Positions 24,601 through 36,785 of a stretch of 64,000 nt of DNA are shown one piece after another (position 1 is the first letter of the stretch; each line of letters begins with the position of its first letter). A program made the position numbers and the translations under genes. The notes beneath the pieces were generated by a model. It worked only from the letters and a program-made list of their open reading frames with translations. It was not told the DNA's origin and did not search any database. The DNA is from Takakia lepidozioides (taxonomy: Eukaryota > Plantae > Bryophyta): contig CM060732.1 of the NCBI GenBank assembly GCA_030704615.1, forward strand, positions 50,034,001-50,098,000, in the 5' to 3' direction.

Positions 24601-27600
24601 ATTCAAGGTCAGATGGTGGGGTCAGCTGCAACATATGCCCAACACCAGATATCCTAAGTTGATCGACTCTATATCTTGGAAACAGGACCGCCCTGTCAAA
24701 GGCTAAGTCCTGGCAGAAGAGAGTAGAAAAGATTCTCAAGGACCTGGACCTGGATCCGCAAGTCTTGACCCTGCTGGATAAATCTGCCTTAGAGGCTGTA
24801 GTGTCTGAAGCCATGTTTGTTGCCATGAGATTGTCTGATGAAATGAAGTTAGGCAGAGAACTTCCCTGAACTTCTTTCTAGTCAGTGACATGGGGGTGGA
24901 CATCTTGGATGACCTCAAGGGTCTACCCACTCTCGGCACTAGACTGAAATTTAAACTCAGGGCAGGAAGCAAGCCTACCTTTGAACAGCAAACAGAAGCA
25001 GAGAGGAAAGGGAGAGTGCAATTGGTGTGGGCAATCTGAAGAGTATTCATTTTCTGATACACTGTCCGGGGTTCTCTCACCAAAGAGACGTTGTCTTCAA
25101 TTCAATCAAGGGAATTGCCTGTACCCCTGTTCACCAACTTTGAAAGTTGAGAGGCTGAGCCAAAAGCCCAGGCCTTCCTGAGGCCTAGTTTTTGGGCAAA
25201 TCACACACAGCAGATTGATGCTTGTGTGAAGGGTTTTCTAGAGGATATCTGGAAAACCCGGATTATTGGATTACTAGAAAACCCGGATTACCCGAACCTG
25301 GCAAAGTTGTGAAGTGGGTGGGGTCCTCATTTTACATACCAATCTGTAAGTGTGGATAGAGGAGGGTCTGATCAGAGTTGTCGTGCAATGATGATGTCAG
25401 GGCAGTATTTGAAACTGCAATAGTGAGAGTGAGTGTGAGTGTTAACATGACTTTTTGTGGTCATTAACATAGGGTAGTGTTGTGCTGGTGATTACTCTTC
25501 TGCATTAGCTGCATTTGTCACTCAGCTCTCTGTATTACTGCAGACATAGTGACTAGGTTAGTGGGCGCGGGATACCAATATTGGTTGCATCCCAACAGTA
25601 TGTCTGACAAACCTCTGTTCAATCACTGTTGTAGAATGGTATGTCGCTCGTCAGGTTGACCATGCTAGCATACTGAGCTGGTACATGACAAATGCAGGCA
25701 AAGGAGCGAGGCCGAAGTCCATCGTTGCATGAAATCCAGGAAGGTTCAGTAAGCAGAACATTGACCAGCGAGCGGATGGTGAGATCCACGTGATCATTCT
25801 TTCTCCCATTTTTTGTCGATTATTTTGTTCTAGGCATGATGTTCTCATGTTGTTCATGGACTTGCGTGGACCTGGCAGGAGGGGACCTCTGGGTATTCAG
25901 CAATTGCTCGCAAAGTGGAGGATATGGAAAGAGCACAGGGTGCACAACACAAAGATATGATGGATTTGAAGGCTACAAATATCGCATGTGATGATGTACC
26001 AGAAGGCCATGGCTGAGAAATTTGGGATCAGCATTTCCTCACCTGCCTTAGTGGGCTCATCCATAGCAAACAGCTCGTGCATCGCTGGCCCTTCAGCCTC
26101 AAGACGTCTGGAGGACAGGTTTGACTTGCCTGGCATGTCACCAGGTAACGTCACTCCCGTTGATGCATTCGAGGATGATGTGCAGGTGGAGCATGTTGGC
26201 CCAGGTGGAGGGGACGACACCCCTACCAAGGAACTTACGCGTCCTCGTGCAGTTCTGTCACACTGTGCGGTAGTGGAGGCGCATGCAGAACTCCGGCCTG
26301 CTGCTGTCGCGGTGGGGGCATCTGAGACAACCCTGGACATTGACCTTGTTTCCCCGCGGGCAGATATTACCCAGCAACCCACGGTTGTCACTTCCACTCC
26401 CAACCTTCAATTAATGTCGGAGAATGTCGTGCACACAATAGTGGAGAAGGGCAAGCATTTGCTCATCCTAGATATTAATGGATTGTTGTGTGAGTGCGTC
26501 CATGTCGGGAGCGGTAATGCGTTTGTGGTTCCAAATGGCCTTGAGCACAAATTATGTGGTAGCAAGATGGTCGTTGTAAGGCCTGGTTGCAAAGCTTTTT
26601 TGGACAAGTGTTTCGAACACTTTGAAGTGGCAGCATGGTCTTGTATGCAACCACGTAACTTCCTACCCACAGTGGACTGGCTTTTCCATGGGCACCGTGA
26701 CCTTGCATTCAAGTGGGATGGGGGATATTGTGAGCAGTCCACTGACATGGATGGGAGCCTGCCCATGAAACCACGGTTTCTGAAGAACCTATCTACAGTG
26801 TGGCGGGACAACTGTGTCTGGAATCCTGAAACCACTCTTCTTGTTGACGACACACCGCACAAGGGGTCAAAAAATCCAGCATACAGCGCCATTTTCCCAC
26901 TGCCTTGGAGAAGTCGTTCTGTAGAGGCGCAAATGATAATTTCCTTCTGACCAGCTTATGGCCCTTCTTGGAGGGGGCAGCTAAGGCTCCGAGCATTCCA
27001 GAATATCTCAAAGGGCAACCCACATTTGGGCAACAAGCTATCAGCCCTCGAGCCATTCAGCCTCGCCAGGTAACATACTTTGTAGTGTGGTACACAGTGC
27101 CAGACATTAGAGGCATTTTTGTGTGACTCCCTTGTGCCATTGCCAGCCTCATTTGTGCTTAAGTTGTGGCAGTAAAACATGTTGTGATAGAGTTTGTCAA
27201 ATTACTGTCGCAGTGTCAACTGTAGGCATTGACAGTTTGGGTGCATCTTATTGTGTTAGTGTAATTTGAGTTCCCAGTGTAGATAATATACATTTTTGGT
27301 GCTTGTTGGTTGGTTGTAGGTGCTTGGCCACGAACGAGGCCCCCCCAAATCAAAGGGCACACCTTCACCCTTTGAGGAAGCCGACACCACTGATCCCTGA
27401 TTCGCAGAATGGGGTAAGTGTATGCATCTGCTATTCTCTCCCCCCTTCCCGACCTGGATAGACAAATTGTTATTAGCTCCTTGTAGACCTTGTAGACACA
27501 ATGTTCCACGATCCATGTTCCACAATTCTCATGCAATCTGCCATGTTTGGGCTGGGATGGCAGTTCGTGGTGGGAGACCATGTCAAGCTCATAGACACTG

Positions 27601-27844
27601 TTTCGCGATCAACAGCCGGATCTGGCCGCATTGCTGTCTCCAAGGGATGGAGGTGAGTGAAGGGTACCCTGTTGTGCCAGAAGGCTATGTGGCCATCCAC
27701 ATTGATGATGTCCGCATTCCCAATGCCCCTCTACCATATCACAACAAATCCATGAAGCCTCATCACACTGAGTTGGGAGACACTGTAGGTTACATTACTG
27801 TGTGGAGTGACAAACTAGTGAAGACCTTGCAGACAAAGAGATGA
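21604..27844 (+). pseudogene. CACTA accessory TnpA/Ptta-like gene with embedded FCP1/NIF HAD phosphatase-like domain (multi-exon)
   Basis: Exons about 21604-21768, 22480-23462 (HWDRLVSYWQT..KS..MK.AN......KTGRGG, Ptta-like), ~25900-27068 (KHLLILDINGLLCE..VRPGCKAFLDKCFEHFEVAAWS..TLLVDDTPHKGSKNP), 27321-27413 and ~27550-27844 (GYVAIHIDDV..NAPLPY..LGDTVGYITVW, En/Spm Tnp1-like C-terminus). Exon joining is inferred. Confidence 0.65.
23529..25263 (+). repeat. Direct duplication of ~560 bp (23529-~24088 and 24701-~25263) in an intron of the CACTA accessory gene
   Basis: Both copies start ggctaagtcctggcagaagagagtag and end gatatctggaaaacccggatta. Confidence 0.9.
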
Positions 27845-29180
27845 GGCAGGTCGGCTAGCATCGTGGATTTCTTGGGGATTTCCACCTGTGCCTCATCCGG
27901 ATTTGGCAACTACGGTAACTTATAGTAGTGACAGTTTCTCTGAATTGACTGTCCAATTTTGATAGCAATCACATTTGGATTTTCTCATGCATGTTGTTGC
28001 AAACTTATGCCTCATTAATGAGCAATGTGGTGGTAGGTGGTATGTCCCCATTGCACACACTATGGTTGGTTATGTTGTTGCTGTTCATATGTGGTTGATA
28101 ATGGTGATGCTGGATGGTGATGTTGCTGCTATTGTGGTCTTTCAGAATTACGTCTGTGCCACTTTTGTGCCACTTCTGTGCCTAAAGTCTTGCTGTATAC
28201 ATGATTGTGATGTTGTATGGCACATGCACGTGGCACCCTATTGGCTGCCTCTGTGGCATATCCACGTGTCCGTCTAGAGTCATAACCATGAGTACCGAAC
28301 CCAATATGATACGTGTATGATTACATTCCGACACGTGACCCCCTAAGGTCCCCGCGCAGTTGGTCCTATGACTCCATATGCAGAACGTCCAGTCAAATGT
28401 ATGTCTACGAAGCAGCACGTGAGGTTTAGAGGATCGTGCACGTGGCACCACCTGGGACTACAACGTCCTCATGGAATCCCCTGTTCATGGAATATACCGT
28501 ACTGCGCCAGTCGTAGGTATGACTGGCAAGAATCCACCACAGCTCTCGAAGTCCAGCACGTGGGCACACACGAACGTGGCATATGGTGTCCCCAGATGCT
28601 GCCACGTGTTGACCCCAAATTTCCCCCCATGAAGACATACATGTGACTGCGAAGCCCCGTCCCCCACAGTGACACGTGGCAATGATATGTCGCACCACGC
28701 GTTTCTTCTATGACGCGACACGTGCTGTCGTTTAATTCCCTCGTCCGCTGTCATAGCTGGCAGTGAGGGCTGGCGTCGCAGTCTGACACGTGGCATGTTC
28801 TGTAGCCACCACGTGTCTGTCTGACACCGCGGCTGACATGGACTACACTGTCCGTTCAGTCATTCAGTAATGCCAGCGTGTATGACTACCCCCACAGCTG
28901 CTCTGGCGCCACGTGACAGCCAGCCTGGAGAGTCATATCTGCCATGTCACAACTGACTAGGTCTTTACGTCTTCAGAGTCAGGAAGTCGTAAATGGCTTC
29001 CATGACTGCATTTGCAGTCATAACACAGAGACGTAAAAGCCGCTTTTTGTTGTAGTGGATCTACTGCCCTGTATACTACGAGATCCGTTTGAACAACTTT
29101 GTGGATATGTGCATCCCAGTTTCAGTTTCAGGAGAACTCAACGCCCAGAAAACATGAACACAAGTAGGGGTAGAACTCAC

Positions 29181-29480
29181 CTCATGCGCAGCGGTTTTGT
29201 GCCGTTTGCGCACCTTTTGGAGAGACTCTGCAGATGGAGGTGCAATTTCCGCCGAACTGTCCTCCACCTCATCGTCGTCGCCCATGCTATACTCGCTTGT
29301 GTCAAAATCCGAACTCGAAGACCGCCCACCGCTCTGCCTTCCCTCTCGCACCGACGCCATATGTACCGGATTCAGTCAAGCCAGGCGGGGGCTCCTTCGC
29401 ACCGCGGGGCTAGAATGTGCAGAAGTGGGAGGAGGTGATGCTGCCTCGGTGGTCGAGCGCTTCTTACTAGGCGTGGACAT
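29181..29480 (-). pseudogene. Putative first exon of a gene divergent from the second Tnp2 (TnpA-like partner)
   Basis: MSTPSKKRSTTEAASPPP..VRRSPRL / SSSDFDTSEYSMGDDDEVED..VRKRHKTAAHE followed by donor GTGAGT at 29180. Confidence 0.4.
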
Positions 29481-31254
29481 AGACCATGACAAAGATGAAG
29501 ACGAGTGAGGACATAGACCATGACCAAGACAAAGACGAGCGAGGAAGACCAAGACATGCAAAGGAGGAAAGAAGGACAAGGAGGGGAGTGTGATCACACA
29601 CCCCCCCGATCTGTAGTGAAGATCCGGCCATTGTTGATTTCAAATATGAACACGTGTCGTGCATCCGACACTATGGCCTTTTCGACTTTGAGACGTTAAA
29701 CCCTAAACCACTTACAATCCTCCAGACAACTAGATGTAGTGATTCACACAACTGACATGGATCCGTTAACTTTTTTTCGTTCAAAATTAGGCGAAGGAAA
29801 CACACTGCAATGATGCCGTGTATGGCTCCGCTTTACATGCATTCTTGGAGAAAATGCGCATGATGTGTGAGAAGTGAACACAGTGCTCTGCCAAATGATT
29901 CAGCAAAAACAAACTCAACTGTAGTGGTTCTCCCATCGCAGAGAAGGGTCCATTCGACACCCATCGCACCATGCCAGGTTGAGGTCCTCACACACACACA
30001 CCTACACACCGAGAATTTGCGAACCCACATCAGCTGGGAGAACATGGAAATTACCCCGTGGATCACATGCAAGCATGAATGAGAAATGGGTTTATGTTAC
30101 ATGGGAGATTTTGGTGTACCTGCGCGACATGCAACTCTGTCTACATACTCCATAAGTCGTTGTCCCAAGACCCAAGTGGACAGGGGAGGCCGGTGAGTCT
30201 GTACCACAATGGTAATCATACAGCAGAGGGTACTGCTTCCCAACGTGCAAAAGCCGCCGGCTGCAGGATGCTAGGCATGCGAACTCGGGCACAGCACGCC
30301 TCCTCTGCACCCCACTCCGTCCCAACCAGTGCAAAACAACCGTGCATGCATTGACTGCCGTCTGGCTTTCTCTCCAGACATTTGGGGGTCTGCAATCTGC
30401 TACACGTAAGTGTCTTTGAATGCGACGATCAAAGGATCCGGTCACTTGCAGTTGCCATCTCAAGGGCAGCATTGCAAGAATCATAATTAAGTAAGAAAGA
30501 TGGTGGAAGAAGCTGCAAACAACAAATGAGTGAAGTGGCAGGGCGATGCTCCATTTTTAACATGCTCCCCTTCCCGCCATGGTGATAGAGCCACACAATG
30601 GACTCCCTTCCCGCCACGGTGCAATTTCACGGCAACGGAACGGGATTGTCCGCCGAAACGTGATTTGGAGATGGCCTAAGACAAGTGGCGCAGGTTCTGG
30701 CCTTGTAGTCAGGTTGTTCACACTTCAATGCACACATTTCATACACATTCAACCATATGCCCAAGATCACAACGCCCTCAATCGTGAAAATTGAAATTCC
30801 ACGTACGTCCTCCGATTCCTCACACACACACGAACTGTAGAGACAGGTGGTTTTCCAGGATGTCGTTGTTTGAGTCGATTTTGGTCATTTCTCTCAGTGT
30901 CTTGTGGAAAAGATTCTAGTTATGATGGGAAGCATCATGATGGCTTTTAAATGGTTTGCTGTTGAGTGTAACTTTTCATCATGTTGTGGAATCTACCGGT
31001 TGGTATAAAATGTCAACTGTCTTCTCTGCCAAAGGATGTGCGGCTGAACCTTTCAAATTGAGATTGCAGGAGGAGGGAATTGACGGTAGTGAAATGGGAG
31101 TGGCAGAGCCAAATTGAGGAATCTCTGCAAAGGAGAATCCGGCCCCCTGCAACGGCGTGCACAAACAGCATTGAAGAGGCTCCCCAACAAAAATGAGTTC
31201 CCCGCCCATGCGGAGGACTTCCAATTAATCACCCCTGTAGACAGAACACCCGAG

Positions 31255-34200
31255 ATGACAGGTTGTGGGAAAGAGAAGTGGCACGTGCCCGAGCCCTTGG
31301 GCTTTCAAGGATGCCATGCCCATGTGAACGTTGTTTGGGCACTACAAGTAGATCTGAGGACGATGTGCGCACACATCTCCTTCACCACAAAAGACATGAA
31401 GCATTTCGGGTGTGGATTGGAGATGGACTTGCAGACGAAGGTGATGAGGAGTGGGCACAATTGGACAATGCACACCCCCAAGGGAGCCATACAGACAGGC
31501 CAGACGAGGACTATGTCATGGGCGCAGGACATGAACCAGGCATGGACGGAAGGGTGGAGATTACTCGAATGTTGCAGGAAGCATTCCACATCATGGACGA
31601 TGTTGAAGAGGGGGACGGCGCTGCGACAACTGGGGATGGTGATGACGCAGGAAATGAAGGCATTCACGTGGGGGAAGGCGTGGAAGGAGGTGGAGATGGA
31701 GAATTGAATTCTGCACACATGACACTAGAAGAAGCATGTGTGCCACTGTACGAGGGATGCAAATCCACAAAGCTTGCTGCCACCATGCTGTTTGATGAAC
31801 CTGTGCACAACCCACGGTGTCTCAGACCATTTTGTGGACGAGTTGTTCTCTTTGCTTCGGCTGAACTTGCTTCCACAACCAAATGAAATGCCAAAAAACT
31901 GTCACATGGCCAACCAAATGATTGGGAAGCTTGGCCTCAACTACGTGAAAATACATGCATGTCCAAAAAGACATGTACTTTTCAGAAGAGAGTACAAGGA
32001 TGCTATGGAGTGCCCCAAATGCGGTACAGCCCGATACCATGATGTGGGCAGGTTACAACAGCCAGCCAAGGTGTTGAGGCACTTTCCCCTTATCCCCCGT
32101 CTATTACGAATGTACAAATGCAAGACCATTAGTGAGCTCATGACTTGGCATTCCAGGAATGCCTCAAACGATGGTTTGGTAAGGCATGTCCCAGATTCCC
32201 TTGCATGGAAGCATATAGATGCAACTTGGCCCGATTTCGCCGAGGACCCACGCAATGTGCGATTGGCTGTATCTACGGATGGAGTAAACCCATACGGATC
32301 AAAGACTTGCACATGGTCCACATGGCCCGTGCAGTTGGTGGCATACAACCTGCCACCATGGTTGACAACAAAGAAATTCTTTGTCATGTTGTCTCTCTTG
32401 ATTCCAGGCAAGGAGTCCGTGACAAATGCAAACATAGATGTGTATTTGCAACCATTGATTGAAGAGCTACATGAACTATGGATTGGAGTTGAAGCTTACA
32501 ACATTTTGAAACCAGTAGGGCAACAGAGTTTCACCCTCCGTGCCATACTCATGTGGTCAATCCATGATTTCCCCGCATATGGCCTTGTTGCGGGTTGCAA
32601 GACAAAGGGCTACAAAGGGTGCCCCATTTGTGGGCCCTATGTGGATTCACGGCACTCAAAGCCACTAGGGAAGACAATATACATGGGGCATCGACGTTAC
32701 CTTGCAAGAAACCACCCCTACCGACGAGCAGGAAGACACTTCAATGGATGTGTTGAAAAGAGAATGGCACCAAATGCTGTGACACCGGAGGAGACATTGC
32801 AATTTGCAAAGGAGAAAGAGGCGTTCATGGAGATTGGAGGGAGAGACGGAAGTAGTGCGGATCCAGCCATGGAGCACGGGGTGAAGCGCCGGACAATCCT
32901 TTGGGATTTGCCATACTGGAAGGTGCATGAATCCCCCCCCCCCCCATTCACTCACTTTCTTTTCACATTGTGCTTCCTGGAATTACCTTTACTGTCAGAG
33001 TCCTTCCACCAACTCCTAAGTCAGTGTAACTACTATGCAGTACATGTTGAAGTCGTACACCTCACTGTGGAGAGGATCGTGGAGTTGTTGAAAGCAGAAT
33101 GTAGTAACATGGACAACTTCTGCCACATATTCTATTTTTTTTGCCCATAGAACTTGGTGTCATGGGAGGACATTTGGCATTTCAGAACCTCTTGCAGCGG
33201 TACCTCCTGGACCCCATGCATTGTGAGAAGAACTTCTGCGAGAACATTCTGAAGACTATCTTTGGGGAGAAGGATACGATAACGTACGAAAGGACATGGA
33301 GATTGAAGGGATACGGTCACATCTGTGGCTAAGGCCTGATCCAAATAGACCAGGCAAAGTGCTCATGCTGCAGCATCATACGTCCTGACCAAATCAGGCA
33401 AGAGGATTTTTTGAAGACATTGGGAGCCATGAAAGTGCCAACCGGATTCTCGGGTGCTTTCCAAAAGCATGCCATAAACAAGAAATGGTTGGGGATGAAG
33501 TCACATGATCTACACGTGATGATGCAACAGATTTTGCCAGTGTGCATTCGGGGTACGATGGCGCCAGTCCTCGAACAGCCATAATGCGTGTAAGTCGAGT
33601 GTTTAGGAAGATTTGTGCGAAGGTGTGGGATCCGAGGGACATTACATCGTTGCATGAGGATGTGGCTATGACCCTATGTTTGCTGGAGAAAGAATTCCCT
33701 CCATCATTCTTTGACGTCATGACGCACTTGCTAGTGCATCTTGTAGAGGAGTTGCATGTGTGTGGGCCCGTAGCCAGCGGTGGATGTACCCCATGGAGAG
33801 GTACATGAAGGATCTGAAGGGGTATGTACGCAACATGGCACGGCCAGAGGGGAGTATGGCGAGGGCTACATCCGCGACGAAGCCCTGGGCTTCATGACAG
33901 AGTATATGTCTTCATTTGATGCAATACAACGACGGGTGTGGGACGAGAACGAGGAAGAAGAGTTGTAGGCGAGGTCCTAGAAGGTGGTGGAACAAAGCGT
34001 GCCATGAGCCCGCGCCTTCGGGATGTGGCACATGATTATGTGCTGAACAACACAACAACCATGACACCATGGAGACAGTGGGGTGCCAACTTACATCCCT
34101 CTTGTGCTATTCTTAATGGTCTTTGTATGCTGGAATTACATATATATTGTCACAAGTCATTCCGGCCACTATGGGAGTGGATCGTGTACTAACAGGGTGC

Positions 34201-35259
34201 TTCAGACGACTACAGAGGGTGTTTCGTAGATCTTGGTTGTTGCTTGCAAGTGATTATGAAGTAGGCTGCATCACTACAGTGTGCTTGAAAGGACACACAC
34301 TCTGCATGTGGCATGCATGTACAGCACGGTGTTGGTCAGGGGGACTGAGTTGCAGCTTCTATTTGGTTTCTGCCAGAGTACGCAGCGGAGAAGGTCCGCC
34401 TGAAAACGGAACGGAGTGCATTTGCAAAAGCATGGCGGAGGGGCGGTCGTAGGCGCAGATCCCCGGTGGAGTACCCCACAACAATGGAGGAGCTGCAGCC
34501 CTTTACAGTGTGGGTCAGATCTGCAATTGCAGTGTACGCATCAGAGAACGAGGACCCAGATGAGGGCATGGTGAGTCTGTCATTCCCCCCAGGGCTGATT
34601 GCCACTTCGTACCGGTCAATGAAAGCATATGGCAATCACTATAGAGTGGACGATGCCAACACCAGCCTCCTGGTGACTTATGACAGCGGAGTGGCATCAT
34701 TTTTTGAACAAGAGAGTAGGAGCTGTGCACGAGATCGGAATCCAATTTCATGCCATGTGCAATATGTAGGAGTGATCAAAGAGATCCTTAAACTAGACTA
34801 TGGTCTTGTGAAGCCAATTCTATTCCGTTGTTCTTGGGTAAAAGCCAATATGGTAGGAGAGAATGCCACCATGAAACGGGATGAGTACGGGTTCCTCCTT
34901 GCTGATTTCAGAAAAATGCTACCACAAGATGAAGAGCCATTCATCTTCCCATCGCAAGTTGAGCAAGTTTTCTTTTCAGATGACACCCATGCGCCGGGAT
35001 GGAAGGTGGTTCTTCACAAGGACCCCCGGGCCAAACGAGTCGTGGCCGACGTCCATGATCTGGACCTAGGGGAGAATGCCGACCACGAGGGTCTGAGGGA
35101 ACCACGAAATCTACAGATACGGCCGAACCAGTCTCTTTGGAAGGAGCAGTTACCTTTAATGAGGAAGACATTCCAGGGTTGGTAATTACCGCAAGGCAAA
35201 TTGCAGATGTGGGTAGTGAAGGGGAAGATTATTTGGATACAGATAGTGAGCCCAGCTGA
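31255..35259 (+). pseudogene. Second CACTA Tnp2/TnpD-type transposase (multi-exon, frameshifted; termini not found)
   Basis: MPCPCERC..DVRTHL; IHACPKRHVLFR..CPKC; KVLRHFPLIPRLLRMY; RNVRLAVSTDGVNPYG; WSIHDFPAYG; GHRRYLARNHPYR; DPMHCEKNF; LEKEFPPSFFDVMTHLLVHL; YVGVIKEILKLDY..LFRCSW; EPFIFPSQVEQVFFSDD..GWKVV. Confidence 0.93.
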
Positions 35260-36086
35260 ATCTCAGTGTCCATTAAGCCAGCAGCTCATAGACGAGAGCT
35301 ATGCTAAGGACTCTTACTGTCCTTAGAACCCATTTTGTACAGTCCTGCAAGCGCGCAAGGGCGAGACAGTTAATAGTATCGATAATGTCCCGGTATGTGG
35401 TCCGTACTGTCTTGTGAACAAACCTTTTTTTTGTCTGCCAATATTGTTTCTGACATGTGAGGAGAGGATCGTCTTCATGTACGGGAAGTAGACGTGAATG
35501 TGTGCATGCATTTTTTGGCCCAGCTGCATGCTTTCCAGGAACAAAGACCAGTGGAATGGGGGGTGTCTCCAAAGGAGCAGGACCGAACGACACTTTTTGT
35601 GCTTCCCTTGCTTCCTTCTCACCGTTGTTGCATTCTCCCACTGCCCAACAGCAGCACTCTCGAAGCAATAGCATGACATATGTTGCAACATGGTCTTCTT
35701 CACCAGCGAATGAGCTTTTTTGCTACATGACGCCATGTCCACATTAACGTTGATCCCTGCAAGCACTTGGCAAGACACCCCAGAGCCGCAAATCCAGCAA
35801 CCACCACAAACACATCTAACTGATTGTAGTGACACGGGAATAGCTCACTTGTAGAGGAATTGAACCTCCAGCCAAATGAATGGCTCTGCCCCTTGTAGCA
35901 CAAGTGCGATGCAAAAACAAGGTGAGTACAAAATGAAGAAGCACTTACGAGGTCCCCATCCCTCGGATGGGCTCCCACTTGTGCTCTGGAACTGTGCAGG
36001 CCTGACTAGCACCAAATTGCATGAATCCTAAGCCTGAATGTCAAATGCAGGTTTATGTCGCGATGCAGCACGCCATCATCTAACCT

Positions 36087-36785
36087 GTAGTTTCCAGTTT
36101 CACTTGTCACAACTGCCTTCAAGTCAACATCAAAATTAAGTCCACCTATGCGCAAATCGCAGAATGTCTCATGACACCATCTGCCGCCGCTGGTTTGGCA
36201 TGATATGATTGTAGTTCACAACCTTAATGAACGCTTTCAGCCTTGACCTCTTTGCGATCTTCTTCTGTGACTGCTTCTTCATAATTTATGAAAGGGAAAA
36301 GCAGCTACACATCAAATTCTTGCAAGTACAGGGGGTACTCAGGCCTCCTTGGGAGAAAGAGTGCCATAAACACAAACACATCCTTAAATGTAAAAATTGG
36401 AGAAGCGAACGTCTGGTGGCAATAACTGCCTAAACCAGAATTATACTCCATTCCAGCGCACATGTAAAGGGTCGGATGATAACTCGGAATCCCAGTTGGA
36501 GATAATGAGACGAAACATGACTATTTGCGAGTTTCAACTTTCTTGGAGGTAGTTTCCAGTTTCTCTGGTGTCACAACTGCCTTCAAGCTGGGTTTAGAGA
36601 ATTAAGTCCCACTCGCAAATGCAGAATGTCTCCCTCATCTGCGTGGGGAAAATGGGGTTTGGCATGATATGATTGTAGTTCACAACCAAAGGGCATATTC
36701 TTCAGCCTTGACGTCTTTGCGATCTTCTTCTGTGACGCCTTCTGCATAACTTGTGAAATGGAAAAGCAGCTACACATCAAATTAT
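36087..36785 (+). repeat. Direct repeat of ~230 bp (36087-~36320 and 36550-~36785)
   Basis: Shared tttccagttt..tgtcacaactgccttcaag..ggtttggcatgatatgattgtagttcacaacc..aagcagctacacatcaaatt. Confidence 0.8.

Larger units (their letters stand above)
14905..29057. mobile_element. Full-length CACTA (En/Spm) DNA transposon, 14.15 kb
   Basis: TIRs CACTACAACAGATTGCGGCTTTTATGAC (14905) and reverse complement CACTACAACAAAAAGCGGCTTTTACGTC (ends 29057). ATGAC-rich subterminal regions. TCT on the left, GA+TCT on the right. Confidence 0.92.

Noticed and set aside
29607-35832. gtagtg sites (29617, 29926, 35832) as termini of CACTA-2
   Set aside because: No matching inverted partner, TSD or subterminal motif cluster found.
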